The translations under genes were made by a program, and so were the position numbers. Source: an uncultured delta proteobacterium (GTDB taxonomy: Bacteria > Myxococcota_A > Polyangia > Polyangiales > Houyiibacteriaceae). From it: a DNA stretch of 64,000 nucleotides. Where the stretch lies: positions 416,360-480,359 of the forward strand of contig CAVQUI010000004.1 of assembly GCA_963716775.1 (NCBI GenBank). The letters are read 5' to 3'. The notes below the pieces were generated by a model that saw only the letters and a list, made by a program, of their open reading frames with translations, made no database searches and was not told the DNA's origin. Numbering within the stretch: the first letter of the stretch is position 1; each line of letters opens with the position of its first letter. Positions 52,502-61,982 of the stretch are shown here, piece after piece.

Positions 52502-53966
52502 ATGAATCGAAAAAGCATTTGGTTGGGATTTGCAGCGGCGATAGCTTTCGGGCTCGTCGGGTGTGGGGACGACACTGGTAGCTCGGGCGGTACCGCCGGA
52601 TCGGGTGGAAGCGGTGGCTCAGGCAGCGAAATGGCGATGATCCGCGTCGCCCACCTCGCGCCTGAGATTCCCTCAGCCGAGAATACTGGCGTGGACATCC
52701 TGGTTAACGGAGAGGCTTCGGGCATCGAAGACCTACAGTTCGGCAACAGCACAGCATACGTCGAGCTACCCGCAGGCGACTACACGTTCGGAATCGCGCC
52801 CACTGGCTCGACCGACTCCGTTCTCGATGTGCCTGCCACACTTCCGGCAGGTGGCATCTTCACCGTGGTGGCATACCGCGACGCAGCGGCCGCCGTTCCG
52901 GTCAAGGTCTTGCTCTTTGACGACAGCCCCGACGGCCTCGCCTCCGGTACTGGTCGCATTCTGGTTGGCCATGGTGCGGACGACAGCCTTCTCAATCCGG
53001 TCACCGTCGTGAACACCGACACCGACTCGCCGATCGTGGAGGACTTCGTTTTTGGCACGACGGCCGGCCCGCTCGACCTACCTGCGGGCAACGTGAATAT
53101 CGGCTTCGACCTGACGGGGGATGGAGTGTCGGAGACGCCGCCCTTGCAGGCGCCAATCACCTCGGACGTGGTGACTACCCTGGTTGCGGTCGACACCGAC
53201 ACCGCGGACGAGTCGCTCGCTCCAGCCGTGTACGCACTCGTTCCAACGACCAGCGGCGCAATCCCAACGCTGGGCGCGCCTCCCGCGCCGGCCCGGATTC
53301 GCGTTGCGCACTTGGCTCCCGAAGTGCCGAGCGCAGCTGACACGGGCGTTGCGATTCTCGTCAATGGCGAAGCCTCCGGGATCGACAATTTGGAGTTCGG
53401 CAATGTGACCGACTACGTCGAGCTTCCCGCCGGTGAATACGATTTCGGAATCGCGCCTGCCGGCACGACCGATTCGGTCTTCGATGTAGAGAACGTCGCG
53501 CTCGACGCGGGCGGCACCTACACCGTGGCTGCATACCGCGACAGCGCGGCCATGGTCCCGGTCAGCGTCTTACTCTTCGACGAGAACGCAGATGGCCTGG
53601 CTTCAGGTGAAGGGCGTCTGCTAGTCGGCCATGGCGCGGACGCTACGGCTGTGGACCCAGTCGACATCGTGACCGATGGCGATGCAGTGCGTTGTCGATG
53701 AGCTTGCCTTCGGCACCGTGGCCGGTCCGCTCGACCTCGCGGCGGGGCCCGTCAACATTGGCTTCGATGTCGACACTGCGGCTGCTGGCGGAGGGACCGA
53801 CGCCAACGACATGCTGGACGTGGGGCCGCTCGAAGCGCCGGTCACGGCCAATGTCGTCACCCTTCTCATCGCCGTCGACACCGACACGGGTGTTGGTTTG
53901 GCGCCGGCAGTCTACGCGCTTCTACCGACCAGCAGCGGCAGTATATCGACCCTTTCCTCTCCTTAG
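52502..53966 (+). pseudogene. lipoprotein with two tandem DUF4397 modules; one frameshift near the 3' end
   Basis: Signal peptide and lipobox (WLGFAAAIAFGLVGCG), then a Gly/Ser linker. Two ~220-aa repeats (52640-53296 and 53297-53963) each begin IRVAHLAPE.PSA..TGV.ILVNGEASGI..L.FGN.T.YVELPAG.Y.FGIAP.G. Frame change near 53683-53692: by analogy with repeat 1, DIVTDGDA should continue VVDELAFGTVAGPLDL. Confidence 0.75.
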
Positions 53967-54002
53967 GTCTCTTCCCAACACGGACATATGCGGTAGAAGC
54001 GC

Positions 54003-54039
54003 GGGGCCGCTCCTCCATAGGGGGCGGCCCCATTTTATT
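54003..54039 (+). terminator. Rho-independent terminator after the DUF4397 gene
   Basis: GGGGCCGC (54003-54010) pairs with GCGGCCCC (54024-54031), extendable by 3 more pairs. It is followed by ATTTTATT. Confidence 0.6.
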
Positions 54040-54055
54040 GTGTGGTTGACGGGTC

Positions 54056-54656
54056 GTGCTCGCTGCGGCTAGGACGGCCGACACGGTGGTTGAATCGAAT
54101 CAATCAGGCCTGTGCGCCAGGGGGCTCGTCGCTTCGCTGCTGGCGCTCGCCTCCTGCACCGAAGAGGTCGAGACGGCCACGCCCGCGCCGGTCGCACCCG
54201 CCCGGGCACAAGCTACGGCGCGAGACCCCTACCAGCACTCACCCTCGCGCTTCGGCGTCGTGCCCTTGCATGCCGGCTTCAGCCCAGACCCCCGTCTCGT
54301 GGCTGGCAGCGCCGTGGGCGAAGTGCAGGCCAGGTCGATTCACCGCAAGTGCAAGGGGTGGATTTCCGAAACCCCGGACTACCTTCTCGACGCCGATACC
54401 GCGTTCTTCCAACTTCACGTTCTCGGCTCGTTCAAGCTCCGATGTCGTGCTCGTCGTACGCAAGCCCGATGGAGCTGTTCGTTGCAACGACAACCGCAAC
54501 GGCACCAAAGACCCGATGCTCCGTTCCAACTTCCCCATCGGCACGACACAGGTCTGGGTCGGCGTGCAGGAGCAAGGTGCAACGGCTGACTACCGACTCG
54601 GATTCTCCGAGGTGAAGTGGCGCTCGTCTTCGATTCCTCTGCCCGATGCGGACTAA
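54056..54656 (+). pseudogene. lipoprotein with a PPC/pre-peptidase-C-terminal-like beta domain; one frameshift
   Basis: N-terminal part with lipobox (LVASLLALASC) and FGVVPLHAGFSPDPRLVAGSAVGEV...CKGWISETPDYLLDADTAFFQLHVLGS is in the frame of 54056. The continuation SSDVVLVVRKPDGAVRCNDNRNGTKDPMLRSNFPIGTTQVWVGVQEQGATADYRLGFSE is in the frame of 54042. Shift near 54436-54446. The family assignment is tentative. Confidence 0.55.
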
Positions 54657-55249
54657 GATTCGCGGCGTCGCCAAAGCGCCAGGCGCTCGCGGCCTTCGCG
54701 CCCCGGATGCGTCTGCTCCATCTCGGTGGTCTCGAGCTGCTCGAAGGCGTCTTCGATGAAGCTGCGGACCAGACCTGTATTGATGGGCCAAGGGGGCCCT
54801 TGGCGTTCCGAAATCGGGTCTTCGAACGGAAAGAGCAAGGTCGCGAGCAGGCCTGCCGGCTTCACCAGGCGTCGCATGGCGTCGCTCCAGCCGCCTCGCT
54901 GCTCGGGATCGAGCGCGCAGAAGAAGGTGTAGTCCCAGACGAAGTCGAAACCCTCAGCCGGCTGATACGAAAAGAAATCGCCGACCTCGTAGGAGACAGT
55001 GCCGGGTAGGTCTCCGTGCGCCGTCAGGAATGCTGAGCGCGCCTCGTCGGAAAGGTCGAGCCCGACGACTTCGCGATCCGCCTGTGCCAGGGTGGCCAAG
55101 TCGTAACCAGTCCCGCAGCCGGGAACGAACACCCGGCCTGATGGAACCTGGCCGCGCTCGAGCAAGCCACGAAGCGCCGGAGGTGAAGCGCCCGCGTCCC
55201 AAGGGGTCGTCCCAGTCTTCCAAGCCTGTTGCCAATCCACCGGTGCCAT
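54653..55249 (-). CDS. SAM-dependent methyltransferase, thiopurine S-methyltransferase (TPMT)-like
   Basis: WQQAWKTGTTPWDAG...RVFVPGCGTGYDL (SAM motif I), with a TPMT-like N-terminal W..W...TPW pattern. Confidence 0.75.
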   Translation of the reverse strand: MAPVDWQQAWKTGTTPWDAGASPPALRGLLERGQVPSGRVFVPGCGTGYDLATLAQADREVVGLDLSDEARSAFLTAHGDLPGTVSYEVGDFFSYQPAEGFDFVWDYTFFCALDPEQRGGWSDAMRRLVKPAGLLATLLFPFEDPISERQGPPWPINTGLVRSFIEDAFEQLETTEMEQTHPGREGRERLALWRRRES

Positions 55250-55258
55250 CGCGCGTCT

Positions 55259-56083
55259 CTATCGAATCAGTCCTATGGAGCGCGCAGCCTCTTGAGCAAC
55301 CGGGAGCACAGCGTCGTATGCCGCCGCGTTGCAGGCGAGAATGCCCTTTCGATTGCGCATGTCGGTTCCGCCATACAGGTACGGATTGCCTTCGAGGTCG
55401 GTGAAACGCCCACCGGCTGCCTTGAGAATCGCTTCAGGGCCGCAGGCATCCCACATGCTCGAGCGGTCCGAGATGTGCACGTAGAAGTCGGCTTGCCGTT
55501 CGGCGATGAGGCCGGTCTTGAGCCCCACCGAGCCACTGGTCGTCTCTTGTCGGATGCCAAGCCGGGAGACGACTTCGGCGACGGCGCGGTTTCGGTGCGA
55601 CCGAGAAACCACGAGCTTCAACTCAGTCGCCGCGGCCACCTCGCTGACCTTCAGCTGACGGCGCGCGCCTTGCTCCTCGAGGAAGGCACCGTCGCCGACG
55701 ACTCCCGAATAGAGCTTGTCTGTGACTGGCTGGTACACGACCCCCGCCGTCGAATCGCCATCGATCGCCAGGCCGAGCATCACCGAGAACTCACCGTTCC
55801 TCGCGACGAACTCCCGGGTGCCGTCGAGAGGATCGACGTACCAGCAGCGTCCTGGCAGTAGCGCATCGCTGTTGTCTTCGTTCTCTTCAGCGACGATGCC
55901 GTCTTCGGGAAATGCCATTTGGAGCTCGCCGACGATGTAGGCATTGGCCCTGGTGTCGGCTTCGGTCACCGGGTCCGCTTCGGCTTTGTAAGCAACGCTG
56001 AACTCGGTCGCGTAGACCTCCATCAAGATTGCGCCAGCCCGTCGCGCGATGCGTGCGGCCTCTGCGATTTCTCGATCCAGCAT
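55259..56083 (-). CDS. cysQ: 3'(2'),5'-bisphosphate nucleotidase (CysQ-type IMPase family)
   Basis: VAEENE, WYVDPLDGTREFV and WDACGPEAILKAAGG motifs. 274 aa. Confidence 0.8.
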   Translation of the reverse strand: MLDREIAEAARIARRAGAILMEVYATEFSVAYKAEADPVTEADTRANAYIVGELQMAFPEDGIVAEENEDNSDALLPGRCWYVDPLDGTREFVARNGEFSVMLGLAIDGDSTAGVVYQPVTDKLYSGVVGDGAFLEEQGARRQLKVSEVAAATELKLVVSRSHRNRAVAEVVSRLGIRQETTSGSVGLKTGLIAERQADFYVHISDRSSMWDACGPEAILKAAGGRFTDLEGNPYLYGGTDMRNRKGILACNAAAYDAVLPVAQEAARSIGLIR

Positions 56084-56121
56084 GTCGGGCCTCTACCACG
56101 GGACCGTACCGGCGCCACCGC

Positions 56122-56897
56122 TCAGGCAGCGATACGGTCGGCCAATCGCCGGAGGAGCTCGGCCATTTCGTCCACGTTTCGGAGCAGCATAGCCGACGCC
56201 GGCGGAGTGCCCTGCTGCTCGTCCGAACAAACGAACGCACCGACGCCGTGCAGCGCCGCGAAGTCGATGGCGGGGAAGTCGGTGAGATCGTCTCCAGCGA
56301 AGAACACGGACCTGGCGCCCGAGCGCTCGAAGATCTCTCGAAGCGCGCTGCCCTTGTCGTAGGGCTCGACCTCCGCTTCGCGTAGAGCCTTGCCCCGCCG
56401 AACATGAAGGCCGAGGTCTTTGCGCGAGCTCGTCGGCCTCTCGAAGCAGTTGCTCGGCCCGGGCCGGATCATCGGCGGCGATTGCCCGAACGTGCACTGC
56501 GATCGCCTGTGGCTTGTGTTCGATGAACGCGTCTCGGGCGCGGCTGTCGACCCAGTGTCTGGAAGCGATCGAGCGCAGCGCGCTGTTCGGTCGTCAGCTT
56601 GCGCTCTGCTGGAGCTTGCCCCGGTGCGACGACCAGGCCTCCGTGCTCCACCGCGCGCCAGATCCCTTCGAGCCGTTCCATTCGTTCGAGCGAGCCGAGC
56701 GCGCGGCCGGTGACCAGTGCGAGCTCGATGCCGGGCGCCCGGGCAAGCGCCGCCAGTGTGCCGAGCGTCGCCGCGGGGATCTCGGCCAGGTCGGGGTCGC
56801 GGACGATCGGGGAGATCGTTCCGTCGACGTCCAGCGCCAGCAGCAAGGGGCGTTCGAGGTCGAGAAGAGCTTCGAGCAGGGCCTCGACGCGACTCAC
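56122..56897 (-). pseudogene. otsB: trehalose-phosphatase (HAD family), reading frame broken twice
   Basis: HAD motif I LALDVDGTISPIV and the N-terminal half are in ORF 56469-56897. The middle part (WVDSRARDAFIEHKPQAIAVHVRAIAADDP...) is in the frame of 56093-56497. The C-terminal part (KGSALREIFERSGARSVFFAGDDLTDFPA) is in ORF 56122-56472. Shifts near 56554-56560 and 56418-56424. The GTG start overlaps the otsA stop (GTGA). Confidence 0.75.
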
Positions 56898-58285
56898 TTG
56901 CCCTCCAAGGCGTCCAGATAGCGGTCGGCCCAGCGGTGCACGTCGAGACGCATCACCTCGGCGCGCATGGAGCGCATTCGCTTGCGCTTTTCGCTGGGTT
57001 TCATCGTGAGCGCTTGGTGAATCGCGTTGGTGGTAGACTCGACGTCGTAAGGGTTCACCAGGACTGCGCCCTTGAGATGCTTCGCCGCGCCCGCAAACTC
57101 GCTCAAGATCAGCACGCCATCTTCGTCTGTCCTGGCCGCCGCGTACTCGTGCGCCACGAGATTCATGCCGTCACGCAAAGGCGTGACGACGGCCACGTCG
57201 GCGGCTCGGTAGTGCGCGAAGATCGCGCGCTGACTCAGGTTTCGGTAGACGTAGTGAATGGGAACGCAGCCGGTTTCTGCGTAGCGGCCGTTGATGTCGC
57301 CGACCATGCGATCGATCTCTGCTTTGAGGTCGGCATACGCTTGCACGTCGGTGCGGCTCGGCACCATGACCTGGATGAGCGCGCACCGTCGGCGCGCGTT
57401 CTTGTCTCGACGAAGCAGGCGCTCGAAGGCGGCAAGGCGTTCAGGGATACCCTTTGTGTAGTCGAGGCGGTCGACGCCGAGAATCAACTTGCGGTTTGAA
57501 GTCGCTTGCCGAATCCGATCGACCTCACGCCCGAGGTCCGGGTCGATTGCGAGCGCCTGCAGCTCTTCGACCGGGATTCCAATCGGAGCGGCGATCGTCT
57601 TCACCTTTCGGCCGCGATAGTGAATCGTACCGCGCGAGACCTGATGGGAGGTGAAACGCGCGACGCAGTCACGGAAATGCTCGGCGTACTCGGGTAGATG
57701 AAAGCCAAGGACGTTGGCGCCGAGCAAGCCTTCGAGGATCTCCTCGCGCCAGGGCAGGATGCTGAAGGTGTCCGGCGGTGGCCAGGGGATGTGGCAGAAC
57801 CAGCCGATTCTCGCCTTGCTTCGTGCGGCGCGGAGCATGCCGGGGACGAGCATGAGGTGGTAGTCCTGAATCCAGACCAGATCGCTCGGCCCGCTCGTCG
57901 CAACAGTGGTGTCCGCGAAGGCCTGGTTTGCGCCCACGTAGCTCGACCAGGGGGCATCGCCTACGTGAATCGTGGGCTCGAAGCCATGGAGCAAGGGCCA
58001 GAGCACCGCATTGGAAATGCCTTCGTAGAAACCGCGCTGCTCGCCGCGCTTGAGCGCGACGTGCGCGAGGTCGTACTCGAGGTGAGGCGCCGGAACCGTG
58101 ACAGAGTCGAAGTCTTTGGCCGGTTTTGCGCTGACCCAGACGCCGCCGCGCTTCTGCAATACGGGATCGAGCGCTGTCACCAAGCCGCCCGCCGCTCGGA
58201 CCCAGCGCTCGCGTCCCCGGCTGGCTTCGTGCCGATAGGGGCCGCGGTTCGATACGACCACGAGCTTTCGGCTCTTTCTCACCAT
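56894..58285 (-). CDS. otsA: alpha,alpha-trehalose-phosphate synthase (GT20)
   Basis: [19 protein letters not shown]...GGLVTAL...[15 protein letters not shown]...[11 protein letters not shown]...[12 protein letters not shown]...[16 protein letters not shown]. Start at ATG 58285; the longer ORF-track start is not supported. Confidence 0.9.
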   Translation of the reverse strand: MVRKSRKLVVVSNRGPYRHEASRGRERWVRAAGGLVTALDPVLQKRGGVWVSAKPAKDFDSVTVPAPHLEYDLAHVALKRGEQRGFYEGISNAVLWPLLHGFEPTIHVGDAPWSSYVGANQAFADTTVATSGPSDLVWIQDYHLMLVPGMLRAARSKARIGWFCHIPWPPPDTFSILPWREEILEGLLGANVLGFHLPEYAEHFRDCVARFTSHQVSRGTIHYRGRKVKTIAAPIGIPVEELQALAIDPDLGREVDRIRQATSNRKLILGVDRLDYTKGIPERLAAFERLLRRDKNARRRCALIQVMVPSRTDVQAYADLKAEIDRMVGDINGRYAETGCVPIHYVYRNLSQRAIFAHYRAADVAVVTPLRDGMNLVAHEYAAARTDEDGVLILSEFAGAAKHLKGAVLVNPYDVESTTNAIHQALTMKPSEKRKRMRSMRAEVMRLDVHRWADRYLDALEGK

Positions 58286-58313
58286 CGAGCGACATTGTAG
58301 TCTGCCCGAGGAC

Positions 58314-58808
58314 ATGGACCCAGCACAGTTTCTAGACGGACGCAGCCGAGAGACCGAGATCCGTCGCGACGCGCGAGGACGTTGGTTCAACGGCGAGGAC
58401 GAGATCAGCCATCCGATTCTGGTTCGCTCATTCGACGGCTGGGTCGACCGCGCCGAGGACGGGCGCTTCTGTCTGCGCAACTCGATCAACTGGGCATACG
58501 TCGAAATTGAAGGACCGGCGTACTCGGTGAGAGACGTGGAGCCGGGTCCGGACGGCATCGGTCTGCTCCTTTCTGGCGACCTCCGCGAGCCGCTCGACCC
58601 GGCCACGCTTTGCCAAGGGCCCGAGGGGGCGCTCTGGTGTGCCGTGCGAGAAGGCCGCTGCCCGGCTCGCTTCGACAATCATGCGGTCAGCAAGCTGAGC
58701 GATTGGATTGGCGAGGACGATGACGGCGTGTACGTTCGAATTGGCCGGCAAAAGGTGCGCCCTCCGGAGTCGAGCGATCCACTTTCGCTCGGTCTCGAAA
58801 GGCGCTAA
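58314..58808 (+). CDS. DUF1285 domain protein
   Basis: 164 aa. IRRDARGRWFNGEDEISHPILVRSFDGWVDRAEDGRFCLRNSINWAYVEIEG resembles the DUF1285 family as I recall it. Confidence 0.65.
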   Translation: MDPAQFLDGRSRETEIRRDARGRWFNGEDEISHPILVRSFDGWVDRAEDGRFCLRNSINWAYVEIEGPAYSVRDVEPGPDGIGLLLSGDLREPLDPATLCQGPEGALWCAVREGRCPARFDNHAVSKLSDWIGEDDDGVYVRIGRQKVRPPESSDPLSLGLERR

Positions 58809-58817
58809 GGCTCCGGC

Positions 58818-59426
58818 GTGTCTCGACGTGAAGTCCTCGCCACCATCATCGTAGCCGCGATTGCGTTTCCCCTGGTATTCATCTTCACCGGCGCCGTGGT
58901 GGATGCGCAGAACCGCGCGCGCGAGGCTCCGTTCCGGGCGCTCCTCGGCAATGCTCGCTTCGAGCAGTTGATGGATGGCCGCGGCGGCGTTCCCCACTAT
59001 CTGGGCGCCTCGCTGCTCGCTCCGGACTTCAGCCTTCCCCAGCAGGGCGGTGGCGAATGGAAGATGTCCGAGCAGCGCGGGAAGGTCATCGTCATGAACT
59101 TCTGGACGGTCACCTGCCGGCCTTGCATCCAGGAGATGCCGACGATCGAGCTTCTGGCCGAGATGACCGAGGACTGGGGCGACGTCGAAGTGGTGGCGGT
59201 CTCTACCGACCGAACCTGGGCAGAAGTCGAGACGATCATTCCTCGCACCTCGCGCATCACGAGCCTGCTCGACGCAGACCGGAAGGTCGTGACCGAGCAG
59301 TTTGGGACCAAGCTCTTTCCCGAGACCTGGATCATCGACGCCGACGGCCTGGTGCGCTTTCGTTTTGACGGGGCGCTCGACTGGTCGGACCCGGTCGCCT
59401 TGGACCTGATTCGCGCGTATCGCTGA
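58818..59426 (+). CDS. TlpA/ResA/CcmG-like periplasmic thiol:disulfide oxidoreductase
   Basis: N-terminal TM anchor and a thioredoxin fold with the CxxC motif (VIVMNFWTVTCRPCIQEMP). Adjacent to ccmAB. Confidence 0.8.
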   Translation: MSRREVLATIIVAAIAFPLVFIFTGAVVDAQNRAREAPFRALLGNARFEQLMDGRGGVPHYLGASLLAPDFSLPQQGGGEWKMSEQRGKVIVMNFWTVTCRPCIQEMPTIELLAEMTEDWGDVEVVAVSTDRTWAEVETIIPRTSRITSLLDADRKVVTEQFGTKLFPETWIIDADGLVRFRFDGALDWSDPVALDLIRAYR

Positions 59427-59430
59427 GCGC

Positions 59431-60111
59431 TCAGGTTTCCGCGAGAAGATGGCGCGACATCCAGACGCCGAAGCCGACGAACAGGATGTCGAAGGCGGCC
59501 AGGATTCGGATCCAGCCGATGACCTCGGGGATGCTGGCGCCAGCGAAGAGCTCGCGCGTCGCGACTGCGGAGGCGAGAAGGGCGGGGGCGACCAGGGGGA
59601 AGACCAGGACGCTCAGCATCAGGTCACGGGCGCGCGTGCGAATGCCGACCGCAGAAAATAGCGAGGCGGTCGAGACGAACCCCACCGAGCCGAGGAATAC
59701 CAAGGCGAGGAGGGGCAGCAAGATCGCGCTTCCATCGATTTGGAAGAAGACCAGACAAAGCGGGACGAGCAAGAACTCGATCACGAACAGCAAGACCAGA
59801 GCGCTGATGGTTTTGCCGATGTAGATCGACGGCCGGGGAATTGGCGCGAGCAGAAGGGCGAACACAGCGTCGTTCTCGCGCTCCAGCGCCCAGCTTCGGC
59901 CGATGAGAAGAATCCCGCAGAAGAGGATCGAAATCCAAAGCACGCCTGGTGCGACGTTCGGAGAGCTGACCGGATCGGTGTAGAAGGCCAGCGAGCCGAG
60001 CGTGACGACCAGCACGGCAAAGAGCCCCGTCGAGGTGAGGATCTCTTTGGTGCGCATCTCGAGCTGCAGGTCTTTGAGGGCGACCAGCCATGCGGCGCGG
60101 AGGGTGTTCAT
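59431..60111 (-). CDS. ccmB: heme exporter protein CcmB
   Basis: 226-aa six-TM protein with a CcmB-like N-terminus (AAWLVALKDLQLEMRTKEIL). Its start overlaps the ccmA stop. Confidence 0.85.
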   Translation of the reverse strand: MNTLRAAWLVALKDLQLEMRTKEILTSTGLFAVLVVTLGSLAFYTDPVSSPNVAPGVLWISILFCGILLIGRSWALERENDAVFALLLAPIPRPSIYIGKTISALVLLFVIEFLLVPLCLVFFQIDGSAILLPLLALVFLGSVGFVSTASLFSAVGIRTRARDLMLSVLVFPLVAPALLASAVATRELFAGASIPEVIGWIRILAAFDILFVGFGVWMSRHLLAET

Positions 60112-60764
60112 GATTCCTGCTCCACAATCCGGCCGCGGTCCATGTGCAGAACGCGATCGGCCACCGAGGCCGCGAACTTCGCTTCATGGGTCACGATGAG
60201 GACGATCGCGCCTTCACGCTTCTGCTCTTCGATGAGCTCGATGAACGCAGCGGTGGACTTCACGTCGAGGCCGGTTGCAGGCTCGTCCATCAGGAGCAAG
60301 CGCGGCTGGTGAAGCAGGGCGCGGGCGATCGAGACGCGCTGGGCTTGGCCTCGAGAATAGGTGCGGACGGGTCGCTTCCAATACTCGCCGAGCGAGAGCG
60401 ATTCGCAGAGATCGGCGGCGCGCTTCTCCGCGTAGGAGATGCCTTGCAGCTTGGCGGCGAGCACGAGGTTTTCATGGCCGCTGAGTCCGGGGTAGAGCTG
60501 GAGCTGGTGGGCGACGAAGCCGATGCGACCTCGGAGCTCGTCTGCCCGTGAAACGCCATAGCGGCCGTAGCGGATCTCGCCTCGCGTCGGGTAGGCGAGC
60601 ATCGCGAGGAGCCAGAGGAGCGTCGACTTCCCGGAGCCGTTCGAGCCCTGGATGACGGTCACCGTCCCCGCCGCGAAGCTCAGGTCTACGCCGGCCAGCG
60701 CCAGAGTCGGCCCGTAGGACTTGGCCAGGCCAGCGACCGAGACTTCTTCAAAATCGAGCTTCAC
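60108..60764 (-). CDS. ccmA: heme ABC exporter ATP-binding protein CcmA
   Basis: Walker A GSNGSGKSTLL, signature YSRGQAQRVSIARAL, Walker B LLLMDEPATGLD. Short (218 aa) CcmA-type ABC ATPase located upstream of ccmB. Confidence 0.85.
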   Translation of the reverse strand: MKLDFEEVSVAGLAKSYGPTLALAGVDLSFAAGTVTVIQGSNGSGKSTLLWLLAMLAYPTRGEIRYGRYGVSRADELRGRIGFVAHQLQLYPGLSGHENLVLAAKLQGISYAEKRAADLCESLSLGEYWKRPVRTYSRGQAQRVSIARALLHQPRLLLMDEPATGLDVKSTAAFIELIEEQKREGAIVLIVTHEAKFAASVADRVLHMDRGRIVEQES

Positions 60765-60775
60765 CGGTCCGCACT

Positions 60776-61934
60776 CTAGAACAAGTCTCGCACAATGCCG
60801 TCAAGTTTCAGCCAGCGATCGATGGGGACGCGGAGCCAGTCTCCGTCCTGTACGAGATTGCCCCGTTCGATGGCGCGTTCGATTTCGCGTTCCCTGCCTT
60901 CTCTCGGCTCCCGACCAGCGCGCCGTTCGGTTGCGGCGAGATTCATGCCGTCGACCGTGCGCAAGGCCGAGCATCAGGGCTTCGCGAATGATCTCATCGG
61001 GGCCGAGCTGTTCGACCTCGGCTTCGAGGGTTTGCTGGCGCAGGTATCGCTGGGGGTTTGGATCGTTTCGCCATCGCGCGCGCGGCCCGGCCCTTCGATC
61101 GAGGCAGCCGACCGCCGCAGCGCCGAGCCCGACGTACGCGCCGCCGCGCCAGTAGTGAAGATTGTGCCGGGACTCTCTTCGTCGGGCGCCGCATAGTTGG
61201 ACACTTCGTAGTGGGTCCAGCCCAGGTCGCTGAAGCAGCGCTCGGCGTGTTCGAAGAGCTCGGCGTACTGCTCTTCGGGGGCGACTCGAAGCTTCCCGGC
61301 GCGGTGCAGCGAGCCGAACGTCGTCTTTTCTTCGATGGTCAGCGCGTAAGCGGACACGTGCTGGATGCCGGGCTCTGCGATTTGCGCGATGTCTTCGGCG
61401 AGCTCGTCGAGCGTTTGGTCGGGCATCCCGAACATCAGGTCGGCGCTCACGCGCGGCATTTCGCTTGCGGCGTTGCCCAGCGCTTCGAGTGCGCGTTCCG
61501 CGATCGTGCAGGCGGCCGAGAAAGCGTAGGTGCGGGTCGCGCAGGGACTGGACGCCGATCGAGAGGCGATTGACGCCGGCTTCGCGAAGGCGGGCGATCT
61601 GGTCGCGTTCGAGTGAGCTCGGGTTGCACTCGACGGTGATCTCGGCGTCGTCGGCGACTCGGTCGAAGGCGTTGCGGATGTGCTCGAGGGAGCGATCGAG
61701 GGCGGTGGGCTCCCAGAGGGATGGGGTGCCGCCGCCGAAGAAGATCGACTTGAGCGATCGGCCGCGGAGGCTCTCGCGTCGCAGGTCGAGCTCGCGGAGG
61801 AGCGCGTCGGTGTACGCTTCGTGGGGCAGCTCGCTTGCGCGAATCGGCTCGGTGGCGAAGTCGCAGTACGGGCACTTGCGCGCGCACCAGGGGAAGTGGA
61901 CGTAAACGCTGGTTTCTGTGGGTTCGTTTGACAT
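60776..61934 (-). pseudogene. hemW: radical SAM heme chaperone HemW (coproporphyrinogen III oxidase-like), reading frame broken three times
   Basis: VYVHFPWCARKCPYCDF (CxxxCxxC) and GGGTPS are in ORF 60801-61934 up to ~61500. AERALEALGNAASEMPRVSADLMFGMPDQT...YEVSNYAAPDEES is in ORF 60974-61459. RHNLHYWRGGAYVGLGAAAVG...IIREALMLGL returns to the first frame. The C-terminal LRTVDGMNLAATERR...LVQDGDWLRV is in ORF 60776-60964. Shifts near 61495-61503, 61167-61176 and 60955-60968. Confidence 0.8.
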
Positions 61935-61982
61935 GCGGCGTGTTGGTCCGCAGGTATACTCCGCTTTTTGGAGCTGTCGCAG

